From NCBI GenBank assembly GCA_043823065.1, contig JBDRBB010000006.1, positions 79,094 through 143,093 on the forward strand: a stretch of DNA of 64,000 nt, read 5' to 3'. Positions within the stretch are counted from its first letter, which is position 1; every line of letters starts with the position of its first letter. Source of the DNA: Pseudomonadota bacterium. GTDB taxonomy: Bacteria; UBA10199; 2-02-FULL-44-16; DYJF01. Below the pieces are notes generated by a model. The model did no database searches and was not told the origin of the DNA. It worked only from the letters and a program-made list of their open reading frames with translations. Shown in pieces: positions 37,707 through 47,120 of the stretch. Both the position numbers and the translations under genes were made by a program.

Positions 37707-39614
37707 TTAGGCATCTTCAATTTCTTGGTGGGCTAATTCTAAATCATTTTCTAAAAACTCTGCCATATTTTGCATCTCTAACAAAGCAGTTTCAATATCT
37801 TCCGGGGTTAATTCATTGTTGTCTGTAAATTGTTGCACAAGATAGGTAACCCCTTCTCGAAAATCTTCATCATTTTCCATGAGATAAGCAAAATAACCAA
37901 TACCAGCTGCTGCAGCGCCAACACCCACTGCTGCAAAAGCAGCAATCGCGCCCAATACAACCAACACCGGCGCTGCAGCTTCAGCACTTAAGGCGCCGCC
38001 TATTGCCATTACCGCAGACCTGGCCACGCCACTAATTCCAGCTTGCACTAAACGCTGACCAGCGCGAATGGCCAAGTGTTCAAGCATGATATAAATAGTA
38101 GCGCTGGTAATATTAAACATGGAACGATCTGCTCCAGATTGGGGGACATTAATACCCAACCTAGACAACCCAGCTTCCACTGGATCAGCAACCATGGGAA
38201 TACCAACCGCAGCCATACCAAGACGAACCAATGAAATAAAAGAAGCCCTGGGCACTGGCATACCAGCACGCGTATAACTGCTAACCATGGTGGCAAATAA
38301 ACCAGCAGTAATTGAAGTATGCACAGTATCTTGCCCAGCCTCTGGCATTTCTTCGCCAGTCACGCCGCGATAACTTGCATTGGCAGCTAAGGGACCAAGT
38401 TCTGGCAAGGCCAATAAGCCATAGGTGCCTGCCACGCGGCCACCATTGTTTAAAAAACCAGTCACCCGTCCTAACACTGGTGGTAGTGTTTCAACATATC
38501 TAACATTTGTATTTAAAATACGTGGCCTACCGGTATCAAAAACCCGTTCCAATCTATTTCTTATGTCCTCTAGAGCACGCGTATGGCGACGAATTCTGCG
38601 TTGTTCCCCTTGATGTAACTCTGGAGGTTCAGGGCTTTCGTCTAATAGTTCCACTCTCCTGTTTATTCCATCATCACCATTAGATCTTTGCATCCTGCTT
38701 CTGGCTGTCAAAAATTCTCCTAACATGTCAGACGTGATTTCAAATTGTTGTGTTTCAATGGAATTTATCCTGCCAAATCTGGCCAGATTTTCATTATAGA
38801 TTCTTATTGCTGATCTTAAGGCTTGATCGCCATTAGAACCTTGGCAATAAATATCAAGTTGTCTGGAAACCTCTCTGGCTGCAAATTGAATATTGCTAAA
38901 ACTCAAAACCAACTCCGTATTTCGCGTTAAAACATCAAAATTGATATTTTTTAATGCCCGATCAATAGCTCGCGGCTGGACAAGACGATGAAACAAATCT
39001 CCAATTTGCCTTGGGTGACTTGATCTGTTGCTTATAGCATTTCTTATAGCATCTGCAGTTTGCATTCTCCCATTACTAGCTTCAGATAAATCATTGACAT
39101 ACCTATCTCTGGTTATTTCATGCAGGTTTGACCTTCTGTTTCTTCTAGTATTTATTGGAGTTAAAAAATCAGCTACATCTCTTAAATCACTTAATACCTG
39201 TTCATGCTGTCTTAAAGACCGCATAAAATTAACCCTATTTCCATTATTATCTGGATGGCGCAAATAGTTCTGCCACGCCTGATTCAACTCCTGTCTGGAT
39301 TGCTCATAATAATTACGAAAATCAGCATTAGTAATGCCATTACTTGCTATATCAGCTTCTCTATGAGCACGAATAATTCCTATTAGTTGATACATATTTA
39401 GGGCATCAAGACGTTGATTTTCATTTTCCTGATTAGGATTGGCAAAAAGATTTAAGGGATTTCTGGCAGGCACTAAAACATATTCAGATTGATTTTCATC
39501 TGTGGATTCTGGCTGGGGATTAACCCAAGGCAAAGGAGAAAATAAGATGCGCGCAAATTCTTGCGGATCTCTGGTGGTTGCTAAAACTCTTAATTGATTT
39601 AAAAAATCACCCAT
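37707..39614 (-). CDS. 635-aa hypothetical protein with a large Arg-rich soluble N-domain and a C-terminal Ala/Gly-rich TM segment
   Basis: AAAPVLVVLGAIAAFAAVGVGAAAAGIGYFAYL hydrophobic helix near the C-terminus. No recognisable catalytic motif. Confidence 0.5.
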   Translation of the reverse strand: MGDFLNQLRVLATTRDPQEFARILFSPLPWVNPQPESTDENQSEYVLVPARNPLNLFANPNQENENQRLDALNMYQLIGIIRAHREADIASNGITNADFRNYYEQSRQELNQAWQNYLRHPDNNGNRVNFMRSLRQHEQVLSDLRDVADFLTPINTRRNRRSNLHEITRDRYVNDLSEASNGRMQTADAIRNAISNRSSHPRQIGDLFHRLVQPRAIDRALKNINFDVLTRNTELVLSFSNIQFAAREVSRQLDIYCQGSNGDQALRSAIRIYNENLARFGRINSIETQQFEITSDMLGEFLTARSRMQRSNGDDGINRRVELLDESPEPPELHQGEQRRIRRHTRALEDIRNRLERVFDTGRPRILNTNVRYVETLPPVLGRVTGFLNNGGRVAGTYGLLALPELGPLAANASYRGVTGEEMPEAGQDTVHTSITAGLFATMVSSYTRAGMPVPRASFISLVRLGMAAVGIPMVADPVEAGLSRLGINVPQSGADRSMFNITSATIYIMLEHLAIRAGQRLVQAGISGVARSAVMAIGGALSAEAAAPVLVVLGAIAAFAAVGVGAAAAGIGYFAYLMENDEDFREGVTYLVQQFTDNNELTPEDIETALLEMQNMAEFLENDLELAHQEIEDA

Positions 39615-39710
39615 ATTCTCCCAACCTCACAAAATAACTAATGTCTTATAATGTTATTTTCGGTTATTTTTGGGAAAAGTTGCGCAAAAAAACCTATGGG
39701 AATAATTTAT

Positions 39711-39760
39711 AATTATATCAAAGAGTTATAACCAGGGGTCAATGCCTAAAATATCTGACT
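39711..39760. repeat. 50-bp direct repeat, copy 1 (AATTATATCAAAGAGTTATAACCAGGGGTCAATGCCTAAAATATCTGACT)
   Basis: About 90% identical copy at 44811-44860. Brackets a ~5.1-kb accessory segment. Confidence 0.75.
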
Positions 39761-39820
39761 GTAAAAAAACGGAGCAAATTTGCTCTGTCTGACAAAATGT
39801 TCTTCCTTCTATGGCAACAA

Positions 39821-41158
39821 TTAAAACTGATTTAACCATTCCTTGCGCATGGCGCGAGACATTTTGCTGATGCTGGCCTTGTCCTTAGATTTTCTGGAAA
39901 TCCGGTTGTAGTGGATATTCATATAGGAGTACTTAAAAATATTGCGTAGGTTCGCTGGCAATCTCTTGAATATATTGCGCACGCTATAGAAATAACAAGT
40001 GCTCCAGTAGCCACCCGCTATAAGTTCTTCCGGTGTGAGATTCATTAATTTGAAGTTTATGTGATGGGCATTATATTTCTCCCAGTCATGGTGAAGTATC
40101 CGCCCCTCTTTTTCCAGGCGAGCAAAAAGAGCTGAACCTGGATACGGCGTGAGATTGGGAAAATTGCCTATAGCAACCTTATTCTTCAGTAAGAACTCAA
40201 CGGTCTTTTCAAAACAATATTTATCGTCGTGATCGAATCCAAAGATGATGGATGTGTTAACAATAATACCATGATCCCGGATAATTTTTATTTTCTCAGA
40301 GATCTTCTTGAGATTCGCTGAACCTAATTTTCCGGGCGTATTCACCTTGGTCACCGATTCAATGCCTATAAAAAGCCCCTGACAGCCGGATCGCTTAGCC
40401 AACTTTAAAAGCTTCAAATCCTTCACCGACAGCTCCAGAGACGCCTGACCCACCCAGGCCTTCTTTAACGGAATCAAACTTTCAAACAGCGGATAGGCAT
40501 GCTCATGATTACCCATGATATTGTCATCGATAATAAAGATAAACTTTTGTTTAAGGCCAGCGATTTCATTTACAACATTTTCAATCGGCCTCGTCCGATA
40601 ATGGTTGCCAAAAAGATTGGTCACAGAACAGAAATCACAGTTGTACGGACAACCCCTCGAGGTCTGAACAATCGCATGCGAGAGGGTTGTTTTTCTCTTA
40701 TAGAGAAGGTCGTGGCGAAAAGGAGGAACTTCTTTCATATCGACGAGCTTGTCGGCCTTATATATCTTTTTTAACTCTCCCCCTTCTGAATCCTCAACAA
40801 TCTGTCTCCAGATTAAATCGCCTTCGCCAATCACCGTGGCATCAAAATGTCCGTAAGTATCTTCCGGCCTTACTGTGGCATGGATGCCACCAATTACCGT
40901 CGGAACATTTCGCTCCCGGTAATATTTTGCAATTTCTATTGACCTCTTTACCTGACAGGTCATGGCTGAAAAGCCGACCAGATCGACACCATCGCGATAG
41001 GCATTCTCCATATTTTGCTCATTTACAAGGAGCACATCGTATGTAGATGGGGTATAGGCAGCGAGAAGGCCAAGCGCGGCACAAGGCGTCGTCTTTCCCT
41101 TATGACCCTTCGTATAATCCTGCGCCGGCGAAATTAGAAGAACCCTCTTTTTTTTCAT
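39821..41158 (-). CDS. B12-binding domain radical SAM protein
   Basis: N-terminal cobalamin-binding-like domain (LLISPAQD..., MTCQVKRSIEIAKYYRE), then the radical SAM motif SRGCPYNCDFCS. Confidence 0.75.
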   Translation of the reverse strand: MKKKRVLLISPAQDYTKGHKGKTTPCAALGLLAAYTPSTYDVLLVNEQNMENAYRDGVDLVGFSAMTCQVKRSIEIAKYYRERNVPTVIGGIHATVRPEDTYGHFDATVIGEGDLIWRQIVEDSEGGELKKIYKADKLVDMKEVPPFRHDLLYKRKTTLSHAIVQTSRGCPYNCDFCSVTNLFGNHYRTRPIENVVNEIAGLKQKFIFIIDDNIMGNHEHAYPLFESLIPLKKAWVGQASLELSVKDLKLLKLAKRSGCQGLFIGIESVTKVNTPGKLGSANLKKISEKIKIIRDHGIIVNTSIIFGFDHDDKYCFEKTVEFLLKNKVAIGNFPNLTPYPGSALFARLEKEGRILHHDWEKYNAHHINFKLMNLTPEELIAGGYWSTCYFYSVRNIFKRLPANLRNIFKYSYMNIHYNRISRKSKDKASISKMSRAMRKEWLNQF

Positions 41159-41286
41159 CTGACCTCTCGTAGCTTCTGAATGACTGATAACTAAACAGTT
41201 TAGAAAGTTGTATAAGTGGTGAAATCGTGTTCTGTCAATAGCATTTAGTGGTTAAGATGCAGGATTATGCTTGTCATGATTGGTTT

Positions 41287-41325
41287 GGGGGTCAAGTATT
41301 TACTCTTCACTCTTGCATAGATGCG
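41287..41325. repeat. Solo copy of the IS terminal inverted repeat (GGGGTCAAGTATTTACTCTTCACTCTTGCATAGATGCG)
   Basis: Identical to the left end of the IS at 42391-42430. Confidence 0.75.
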
Positions 41326-41399
41326 GGTCCGATCAAGGTAAATAGGTTACAAAAAGTACAAAGCACATAGGTAACACATGATAAGATGGCATAGATAAG

Positions 41400-41640
41400 G
41401 AGGTTTCTATGCCATGGGAGGAACGAAATATCATGAGTGAACGTATGAGCTTTATTAGTCGTTTAGAAACAGGAGAACGAATGACTGACCTATGTCGAGA
41501 GTATGGAATATCTCTGGAATACTAAAGGAGTGGGAAGCAGGCTTAAGTGTTGGCGAAGTAAGCCGCAAATATGGAGTTACGGACAAGAGTCTTTACAGAT
41601 GGCGACTTACAATATCTCTCGTCCGTCTGGTTTTTTTTGT
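41400..41640 (+). pseudogene. Fragments of IS481-like and IS3-OrfA-like transposase N-termini (HTH regions), disrupted by stops
   Basis: MPWEERNIMSERMSFISRLETGERMTDLCREYGIS* then ILKEWEAGLSVGEVSRKYGVTDKSLYRWR. No intact ORF. Confidence 0.55.
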
Positions 41641-41658
41641 TTTTTTCTTGTTCTTATA

Positions 41659-42051
41659 CTATAACCTTCTTGCTTTAATAGATAGATTTTTTGGATTAAA
41701 GGTAAACTCAAATAGATTAAGAAGATTCATGCCAATCAGACCATCTATTTGATATTTGGGAGGCAAATCTAGGGCTGCAATTTCTATATTTTCAATTCTT
41801 TCATTAAATACTTCAATACAAGGGATTACAAGTCTATAACCTTCCTCTCTTCCTATAACAGAGTCAGTTGAAAAAAGTTTTGTAGCATCCTTAGCGCTAA
41901 AACCTAGCGCATCAACTCTGGCCGTTCTAACAATAGTCATTGCTGCGCCAGTATCTACAATAAACCGACCCGTAAAAGATCTGGCCTTACCAAAAATTTT
42001 AGCTGAAATAAAAGGAACTCCTTTGATAAGCTCATATACTACATCTGCCAT
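41659..42051 (-). CDS. Retropepsin-like (clan AA) aspartic protease
   Basis: FIVDTGAAMTIV (DTGA active-site motif), ~130 aa. Overlaps the upstream 82-aa gene by 13 nt. Confidence 0.7.
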   Translation of the reverse strand: MADVVYELIKGVPFISAKIFGKARSFTGRFIVDTGAAMTIVRTARVDALGFSAKDATKLFSTDSVIGREEGYRLVIPCIEVFNERIENIEIAALDLPPKYQIDGLIGMNLLNLFEFTFNPKNLSIKARRL

Positions 42052-42287
42052 AACACAGGTCCTATAGGATTTTCTGGAAGAACATCTCCTGTAAAACGAA
42101 TATCAAAATCATTTTCAGGGATAGCTTTTAAGCTAGCCGTAAATTCTGATTCATCAGAGGAGTGGGCAACAACATCGCCTATGATTTCACCAAAAGGAGC
42201 TTCTGATTCTTTTCTGTAATGCGCAATAGCCACCCACTCATTAGGAAAACTTTTTTTAATCTCTTTCCACGTCATTTTGTTTCCCAT
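42039..42287 (-). CDS. 82-aa hypothetical protein, co-transcribed partner of the aspartic protease
   Basis: MGNKMTWKEIKKSFPNEWVAIAHYRKE... 13-nt overlap suggests translational coupling. Confidence 0.5.
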   Translation of the reverse strand: MGNKMTWKEIKKSFPNEWVAIAHYRKESEAPFGEIIGDVVAHSSDESEFTASLKAIPENDFDIRFTGDVLPENPIGPVLWQM

Positions 42288-42390
42288 AATAAACCTCCTA
42301 TTTCTTGGGATATATAAACATATTGCTCACAAAAAAACAATTGGAGATATTTAAGCGAGATGGTGTTTGCCGACAATTTGGGTTTGTTTG

Positions 42391-43410
42391 GGGGTCAAGT
42401 ATTTACTCTTCACTCTTGCATAGATGCGTGAATATATTCACTTGCCTCTGGTTTTGTTTTTACTTCAGCACTCATGATTCTAGATATCCGTGCTGGTTTT
42501 AGATTAAATATCTTTGAGAGTTCATCGTAAGTAAGTTTTAGATACTGCCTGTAGTAATATATTGCCATTGCCCTATTTTGCCGACCAACTAAACTGTTAG
42601 CCTGGGTCAAAGCATTCCAACTTGTATCAAAAGCTTCACATAAGACCTTTTTTAGCTTTTTTGCTGACACTTTTTTTATATTACAATCTCGATATTCCAG
42701 CTTTTCTTTATCTATATCTTTAACAAAATTCCATTTAATCCATTCTTCAAAATTATCGCTACTCAATACTGATGGCCAACTAAATCCATCTAGCCTTTTT
42801 TCAAGTCCTTCTGGAACCTCATTCATCACAAATTCATGTAATCTCAATCTTGATCTATTTTTTCTTTTGCCAAAATAGGAAAGAATATAGTTGGTAGTTA
42901 ACCATTTCCTGTCATCACTTCCTAGATAATCTCTATGCGAACTCCATTTGTACTTTTCTGGAAATTCAACTAGGCCTGCTTTTATTGGATTTCGATGAAT
43001 ATAACGAATTAACTCAACAAGATATGCATCTTCTTCCACTAGTATAGCTTTATATCGTCCTCGAAATATATGACCATCACGCTGATGTTGACGATTAAAA
43101 CGCTGGGTATAAACCCCATTAATATGCCTCATTGCCCTGGAAAGATTAGCAAGAGGTGTTTCAATAAGCATATGATAGTGATTGGGAAGTAGAGCTAAAG
43201 CATGTACTTTCAGCTCCCAAAGTTTGATTGACTCAACTAGAACATTAATAAAAGTTTCATAATCCTTAGGTTGCGTAAAAATATTCTGGCGAGCATTTCC
43301 ACGGTTCATTACATGATAAAATGCACCTTCATACTCTATTCTTAGTGGACGAGACATATGTCTTGTTTAGATCAATAAATAACAAAAGTAAAGAGTAAAT
43401 ACTTGACCCC
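42391..43410 (-). mobile_element. Insertion sequence (~1020 bp) with 23-bp imperfect terminal inverted repeats, encoding a Y1 (IS200-like HuH) transposase fused to a DnaA-C-like HTH domain
   Basis: Left end GGGGTCAAGTATTTACTCTTCAC. Right end GTAAAGAGTAAATACTTGACCCC (reverse complement, one mismatch). A partial copy lies at 47386-47526 and solo terminal inverted repeats at 41287 and 44875. Confidence 0.75.
42410..43357 (-). CDS. Transposase: IS200-like Y1 HuH domain plus C-terminal DnaA domain-IV-like HTH
   Basis: IEYEGAFYHVMNRGN...LLPNHYHMLIETP (HuH motif), catalytic Tyr region, C-terminal AMAIYYYRQYLKLTYDELSKIFNLKPARISRI. Confidence 0.75.
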   Translation of the reverse strand: MSRPLRIEYEGAFYHVMNRGNARQNIFTQPKDYETFINVLVESIKLWELKVHALALLPNHYHMLIETPLANLSRAMRHINGVYTQRFNRQHQRDGHIFRGRYKAILVEEDAYLVELIRYIHRNPIKAGLVEFPEKYKWSSHRDYLGSDDRKWLTTNYILSYFGKRKNRSRLRLHEFVMNEVPEGLEKRLDGFSWPSVLSSDNFEEWIKWNFVKDIDKEKLEYRDCNIKKVSAKKLKKVLCEAFDTSWNALTQANSLVGRQNRAMAIYYYRQYLKLTYDELSKIFNLKPARISRIMSAEVKTKPEASEYIHASMQE

Positions 43411-43433
43411 TATTTTTTCCCCTATTTTTCTAT

Positions 43434-44651
43434 TTAAGGTAGAAGAGTTAGAATTTGATCAGCACTTATAATATATCCCTTCTTATTTTTATTTAGGTCA
43501 AATAATTTGTGTATGCCACTTTTGGAAACTAATTGTAGCGTAATTTCTGGAGCTAAAAGTGAAGAGAAATATTTTAAACTTGGAGCAGGGAGAACGTCAT
43601 TTAATTTACATTCAACCATCAGCCATGGCTTTTTATCTTTTACCATCAAAAAATCTACCTCTTTCTTCTCTTTATCTCTAAGGTAATAAAGATCAAATGT
43701 GCCTATTCCAGAGTCTGTCCAAAAATGAGCAGCTTTCAATAGATGGCTTGCTACAAGATTTTCAAATTTCACTGCTTCATCTTTTATTTCTGACCAATCC
43801 CACAAATATATTTTTGGTTGTTTCTTCAGAGAACGCGCGATTTTTTTATTAAATGGCGGTATCACATAAATATAAAATAGTTGTGATAACCAGTTTATCC
43901 ATCTTTTTGTTGTTGGGTGGCTTACTTCCAAATCCTCTGCTAAACTCTGTATTGAGAATGGCGAGCCTATCCGTTCTGGTATTAATGCTGCTGCTGTTTC
44001 TATTAAAGATAATTCATGAGTTTTTGTTAAATCAATAAGGTCTTCTCTGATCACCCTATCTCTTCTCATACGTTGCCACGCATTTAGAAAGTTTTGATCT
44101 TTTTTAAGAAATGCATCTGGGAAACCACCATATTTCATCAGATCTTGGTATATTAATTGGTTTGCAGTTATTACTTCTTCAAGACATTGTTTTAATTTTT
44201 CTGGCTCTGTATCTGAATTACATAATTCTCCTAAAGAAAAAGGATGCAACCTAAACAAAAAATATCTTCCCAGCAAACTATCTCCACCTTTTCTAAAAAT
44301 ATCTAGTCGTGCGCTACCAGTTACCAAAATGTTGCAAAATTCTTTTCTGGTATCGTACAATCCTTTTAAGTATGATTTCCAGCGAGGGGCTTTGTGTAGC
44401 TCATCAAATACGATAAGTTTTTTTTCACCAATAGTTTCTGGAATAAATGCCTTAGGGTCTTTTATCCATTTTCGCCTAAACTCTACATCATCCCAATTAT
44501 AGTAACTGCCATTTTTATCCTCTGCTAGCAGTTGTTCTGAAAGGGTGGTTTTTCCGACCTGTCTTGGCCCTGTTATAAAAGCCATCTTTCCATTTTTGAA
44601 TGAAAGTTCTTTGATGATTTTTTTATATGCAACCCTTTCCATATTGACCAT
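43434..44651 (-). CDS. AAA+ ATPase of the DUF4143 / COG1373 family (second paralog)
   Basis: MAFITGPRQVGKTTL Walker A, LIVFDELH Walker B. Confidence 0.75.
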   Translation of the reverse strand: MVNMERVAYKKIIKELSFKNGKMAFITGPRQVGKTTLSEQLLAEDKNGSYYNWDDVEFRRKWIKDPKAFIPETIGEKKLIVFDELHKAPRWKSYLKGLYDTRKEFCNILVTGSARLDIFRKGGDSLLGRYFLFRLHPFSLGELCNSDTEPEKLKQCLEEVITANQLIYQDLMKYGGFPDAFLKKDQNFLNAWQRMRRDRVIREDLIDLTKTHELSLIETAAALIPERIGSPFSIQSLAEDLEVSHPTTKRWINWLSQLFYIYVIPPFNKKIARSLKKQPKIYLWDWSEIKDEAVKFENLVASHLLKAAHFWTDSGIGTFDLYYLRDKEKKEVDFLMVKDKKPWLMVECKLNDVLPAPSLKYFSSLLAPEITLQLVSKSGIHKLFDLNKNKKGYIISADQILTLLP

Positions 44652-44810
44652 TTTAACGCTACAATTAATTTAGTCAAGACCAAATTAACGTTTAACATTA
44701 AAAAGGTTGTTTAATTTACTTAGGTCTCTATACAACTAAAATAACAACTTGTTATTATTATGATTTTAAGTTGGAAACTTTTGCTCCGTCTGACATTTTC
44801 TGACATTTTT

Positions 44811-44860
44811 CATTATATCAAAGAGTTATAATCAGGGGTTAATGCCTAAAATGCCTGATT
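44811..44860. repeat. 50-bp direct repeat, copy 2
   Basis: cattatatcaaagagttataatcaggggttaatgcctaaaatgcctgatt. Confidence 0.75.
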
Positions 44861-44874
44861 CCAGTAAATAACAA

Positions 44875-44897
44875 AAGTGAAGAGTAAATATTTGACC
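44875..44897. repeat. Solo IS terminal inverted repeat in reverse orientation (GTGAAGAGTAAATATTTGACCCC)
   Basis: Exact reverse complement of the IS left-end terminal inverted repeat. Confidence 0.7.
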
Positions 44898-45119
44898 CCT
44901 TATTTATAAGTTATAAGTTAAGTGGCGAAGCAGCCCTTTGTCAATGATGCGTAGTGCTTAAAGGAGATTTTTCAGACGGAGCAAAACGCTTGCTATTCAA
45001 TAACAACTAGCAATTCTTCCTTGATGCGTTGATTAACAGGACGTATATTTTCGAGCATCACAATTATAATGCCGTCCGACTTATTGAGTTCGTGAACGGT
45101 TTCTAAAACAAGGGAAAAA

Positions 45120-46574
45120 ATGTTTTACGCGATTTACTTTCTTATCAGTCTTGCGCTCTTTTTTTTGTATAACCATACTCAAGACGTTTCCATACTGATT
45201 CATTTTATACTGGGCCCCTTTATTTATGGTGTCAGCAAATTCAAGATCAATTTCTTTTTGCTCTACTCTTTGCTCCTTTCCGCTCTGGTCTTTATTCCTT
45301 GGCACATAAAAAGCAAACGCACGATCGTGTTTCTTCAAAGAACGAATTTCATCGCGATCTTCACAGCGCTTCTGGCGAATTTTTCCGGTTTTGTTTTTTT
45401 CATCCATCGTTTTTCATTGCCCGTTGATAAATTCGTTTATCATTTCAAGGGAACATATCACTCCATAAATTACTTTGCCCACATTCATACCGGCAAAGCC
45501 GCATTAAATCTTGTATTAAATGTTTTGGGACTGGGATCGCTCAACGAAATATGCGACACTGGAATTGTTTTTGCGGATCATATTGACCCGAAGATCTCTT
45601 TGTTATTGATCTTTTCAGTCGTCCTGACTTTTTTATCTTTTACATTTCTGCTCAAACCGACACTGGAAAAATGGGAATCCGGCAAACGCTATTTCGTTTT
45701 TATTATTTATGTTTTTGCAGGCGCACACATATTGAAATGTCTGGTGGATGGAGGTCTGTTTTCCTATGATCTTCTTCCCTCCCTGATCGCCATTCATCTA
45801 CTTTATAATTCAGGGGAACCCCGCCCTCTTGTTGAATGCTATCGAACATACAAAACATTCTACTATTTCATAACATTCCTTTTTCTGACTATTTGCGCCT
45901 ATATTTCGCGCTTAGAATTCCTTCAAACCCTGATAGGATTGGCTTTCATTTCCTCAACATATTTTTTACTCTTTTTACCGTTCATTCCAAACAAAATAAG
46001 ATCATTACGATTCATTTTAATTACCATTTTATGTTCACTTGTAATATTGTTCTATTGGTCAACGCACGGATTGAAGAGAATTGAGGAAATATTCTCTATC
46101 CCCGAAAACATACACAAGGTTATCAAATTTGATTATCCTGCGCAGGGAAAAAATCCTCACATTTCTGACTTAACGCTTGAAACACAAGGCGTTGATTTCG
46201 CCAACATTTATCGTAAATCCTGCGACAACCCTTTGCGCAACAGGAACACCGCTATTTTTATTAATGATGAAAAAAAATATACCGGCGCCATTTTCGTTTT
46301 GAAAATATTTGGCAGAAGTAAAAAGATCCGACTAAAGTCAAACTCATTTATGCATATTGATGAAATGTCCCGCTACTACGGTTACAAAGAAGGTGCTTAT
46401 CAGATGAAGGTCACTTTTAATCCTGAATTTTTCCCATCGTTGTGGAGCAAGAATCTGTCAATGCTTTTGCAAAACAATCGTTATTTTATGCTGTTCTATT
46501 TGAACCATTATTTCTTGAACAACGGCATCACGGAATATGCGATCATCCCGTTCTACTATTTTATGGCTCCGTGA
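45120..46574 (+). CDS. Polytopic integral membrane protein (at least 9 TM) with a C-terminal soluble domain, function unknown. Very AT-rich gene
   Basis: Consecutive hydrophobic helices through ~residue 310. Local AT content is well above the window average. Confidence 0.5.
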   Translation: MFYAIYFLISLALFFLYNHTQDVSILIHFILGPFIYGVSKFKINFFLLYSLLLSALVFIPWHIKSKRTIVFLQRTNFIAIFTALLANFSGFVFFIHRFSLPVDKFVYHFKGTYHSINYFAHIHTGKAALNLVLNVLGLGSLNEICDTGIVFADHIDPKISLLLIFSVVLTFLSFTFLLKPTLEKWESGKRYFVFIIYVFAGAHILKCLVDGGLFSYDLLPSLIAIHLLYNSGEPRPLVECYRTYKTFYYFITFLFLTICAYISRLEFLQTLIGLAFISSTYFLLFLPFIPNKIRSLRFILITILCSLVILFYWSTHGLKRIEEIFSIPENIHKVIKFDYPAQGKNPHISDLTLETQGVDFANIYRKSCDNPLRNRNTAIFINDEKKYTGAIFVLKIFGRSKKIRLKSNSFMHIDEMSRYYGYKEGAYQMKVTFNPEFFPSLWSKNLSMLLQNNRYFMLFYLNHYFLNNGITEYAIIPFYYFMAP

Positions 46575-46995
46575 ATTCCTTTGAAACTCCTCCGTTCGCG
46601 TCTATGCGGTAAGTTGCGGTGAACCCGCTCTTGAAATTAAGCAAAATAGAACCGTCATCTTGGTAAAGATTCGCGCTGGGATCCACAAGCCTATTGCGAA
46701 GCGTGCTGTCAATTCTAAGCATATTGCGACCGTTTGCGCCGCCCTGAAAATTAACAAATGTCCAGAAACTATTGACCCGTCTCGAGTAATCCTCCGTTTC
46801 AATGATCAATCTATTAAAATACAGATCTTGAGCTTCCTGCAAAGCGCCGCCTATCGCATTAGCAACCGACAGCTCCGCATCATGCCTATAGCTGTAAAAC
46901 TTAGGCAAAGCGATCACTGACAGCACGCCAAGTATCGCGATGACCAGTATCAACTCAACCAGCGTGAAAGCCTTGTTGTATAATCGCTTAACCAT
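46561..46995 (-). CDS. Prepilin-type N-terminal cleavage/methylation domain protein (pilin/pseudopilin-like)
   Basis: MVKRLYNKAFTLVELILVIAILGVLSVIALP class-III signal (Ala rather than Gly at -1). Confidence 0.6.
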   Translation of the reverse strand: MVKRLYNKAFTLVELILVIAILGVLSVIALPKFYSYRHDAELSVANAIGGALQEAQDLYFNRLIIETEDYSRRVNSFWTFVNFQGGANGRNMLRIDSTLRNRLVDPSANLYQDDGSILLNFKSGFTATYRIDANGGVSKEFTEP

Positions 46996-47028
46996 TTTTG
47001 TTATGCCTCAGTTATATGGTAGTGACTT

Positions 47029-47120
47029 TGTCATTGCGATCCCGCCAAGGAGGGAGTGGCAATCTCGTTTTTACATAAACTACAGATTGCCGCGTCGCCT
47101 GCAGCTCCTCGCAATGACGG
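47029..47120. repeat. Inverted-repeat element (GTCATTGCGATCCC...GGCAATCTCG ... CCTCGCAATGACGG)
   Basis: Same family as 16718-16793. Confidence 0.7.

Noticed and set aside
45081-45407. 108-aa minus-strand ORF
   Set aside because: It overlaps antisense the start of the 484-aa membrane protein gene. Its Lys/Arg-rich low-complexity translation is typical of antisense frames in AT-rich DNA.
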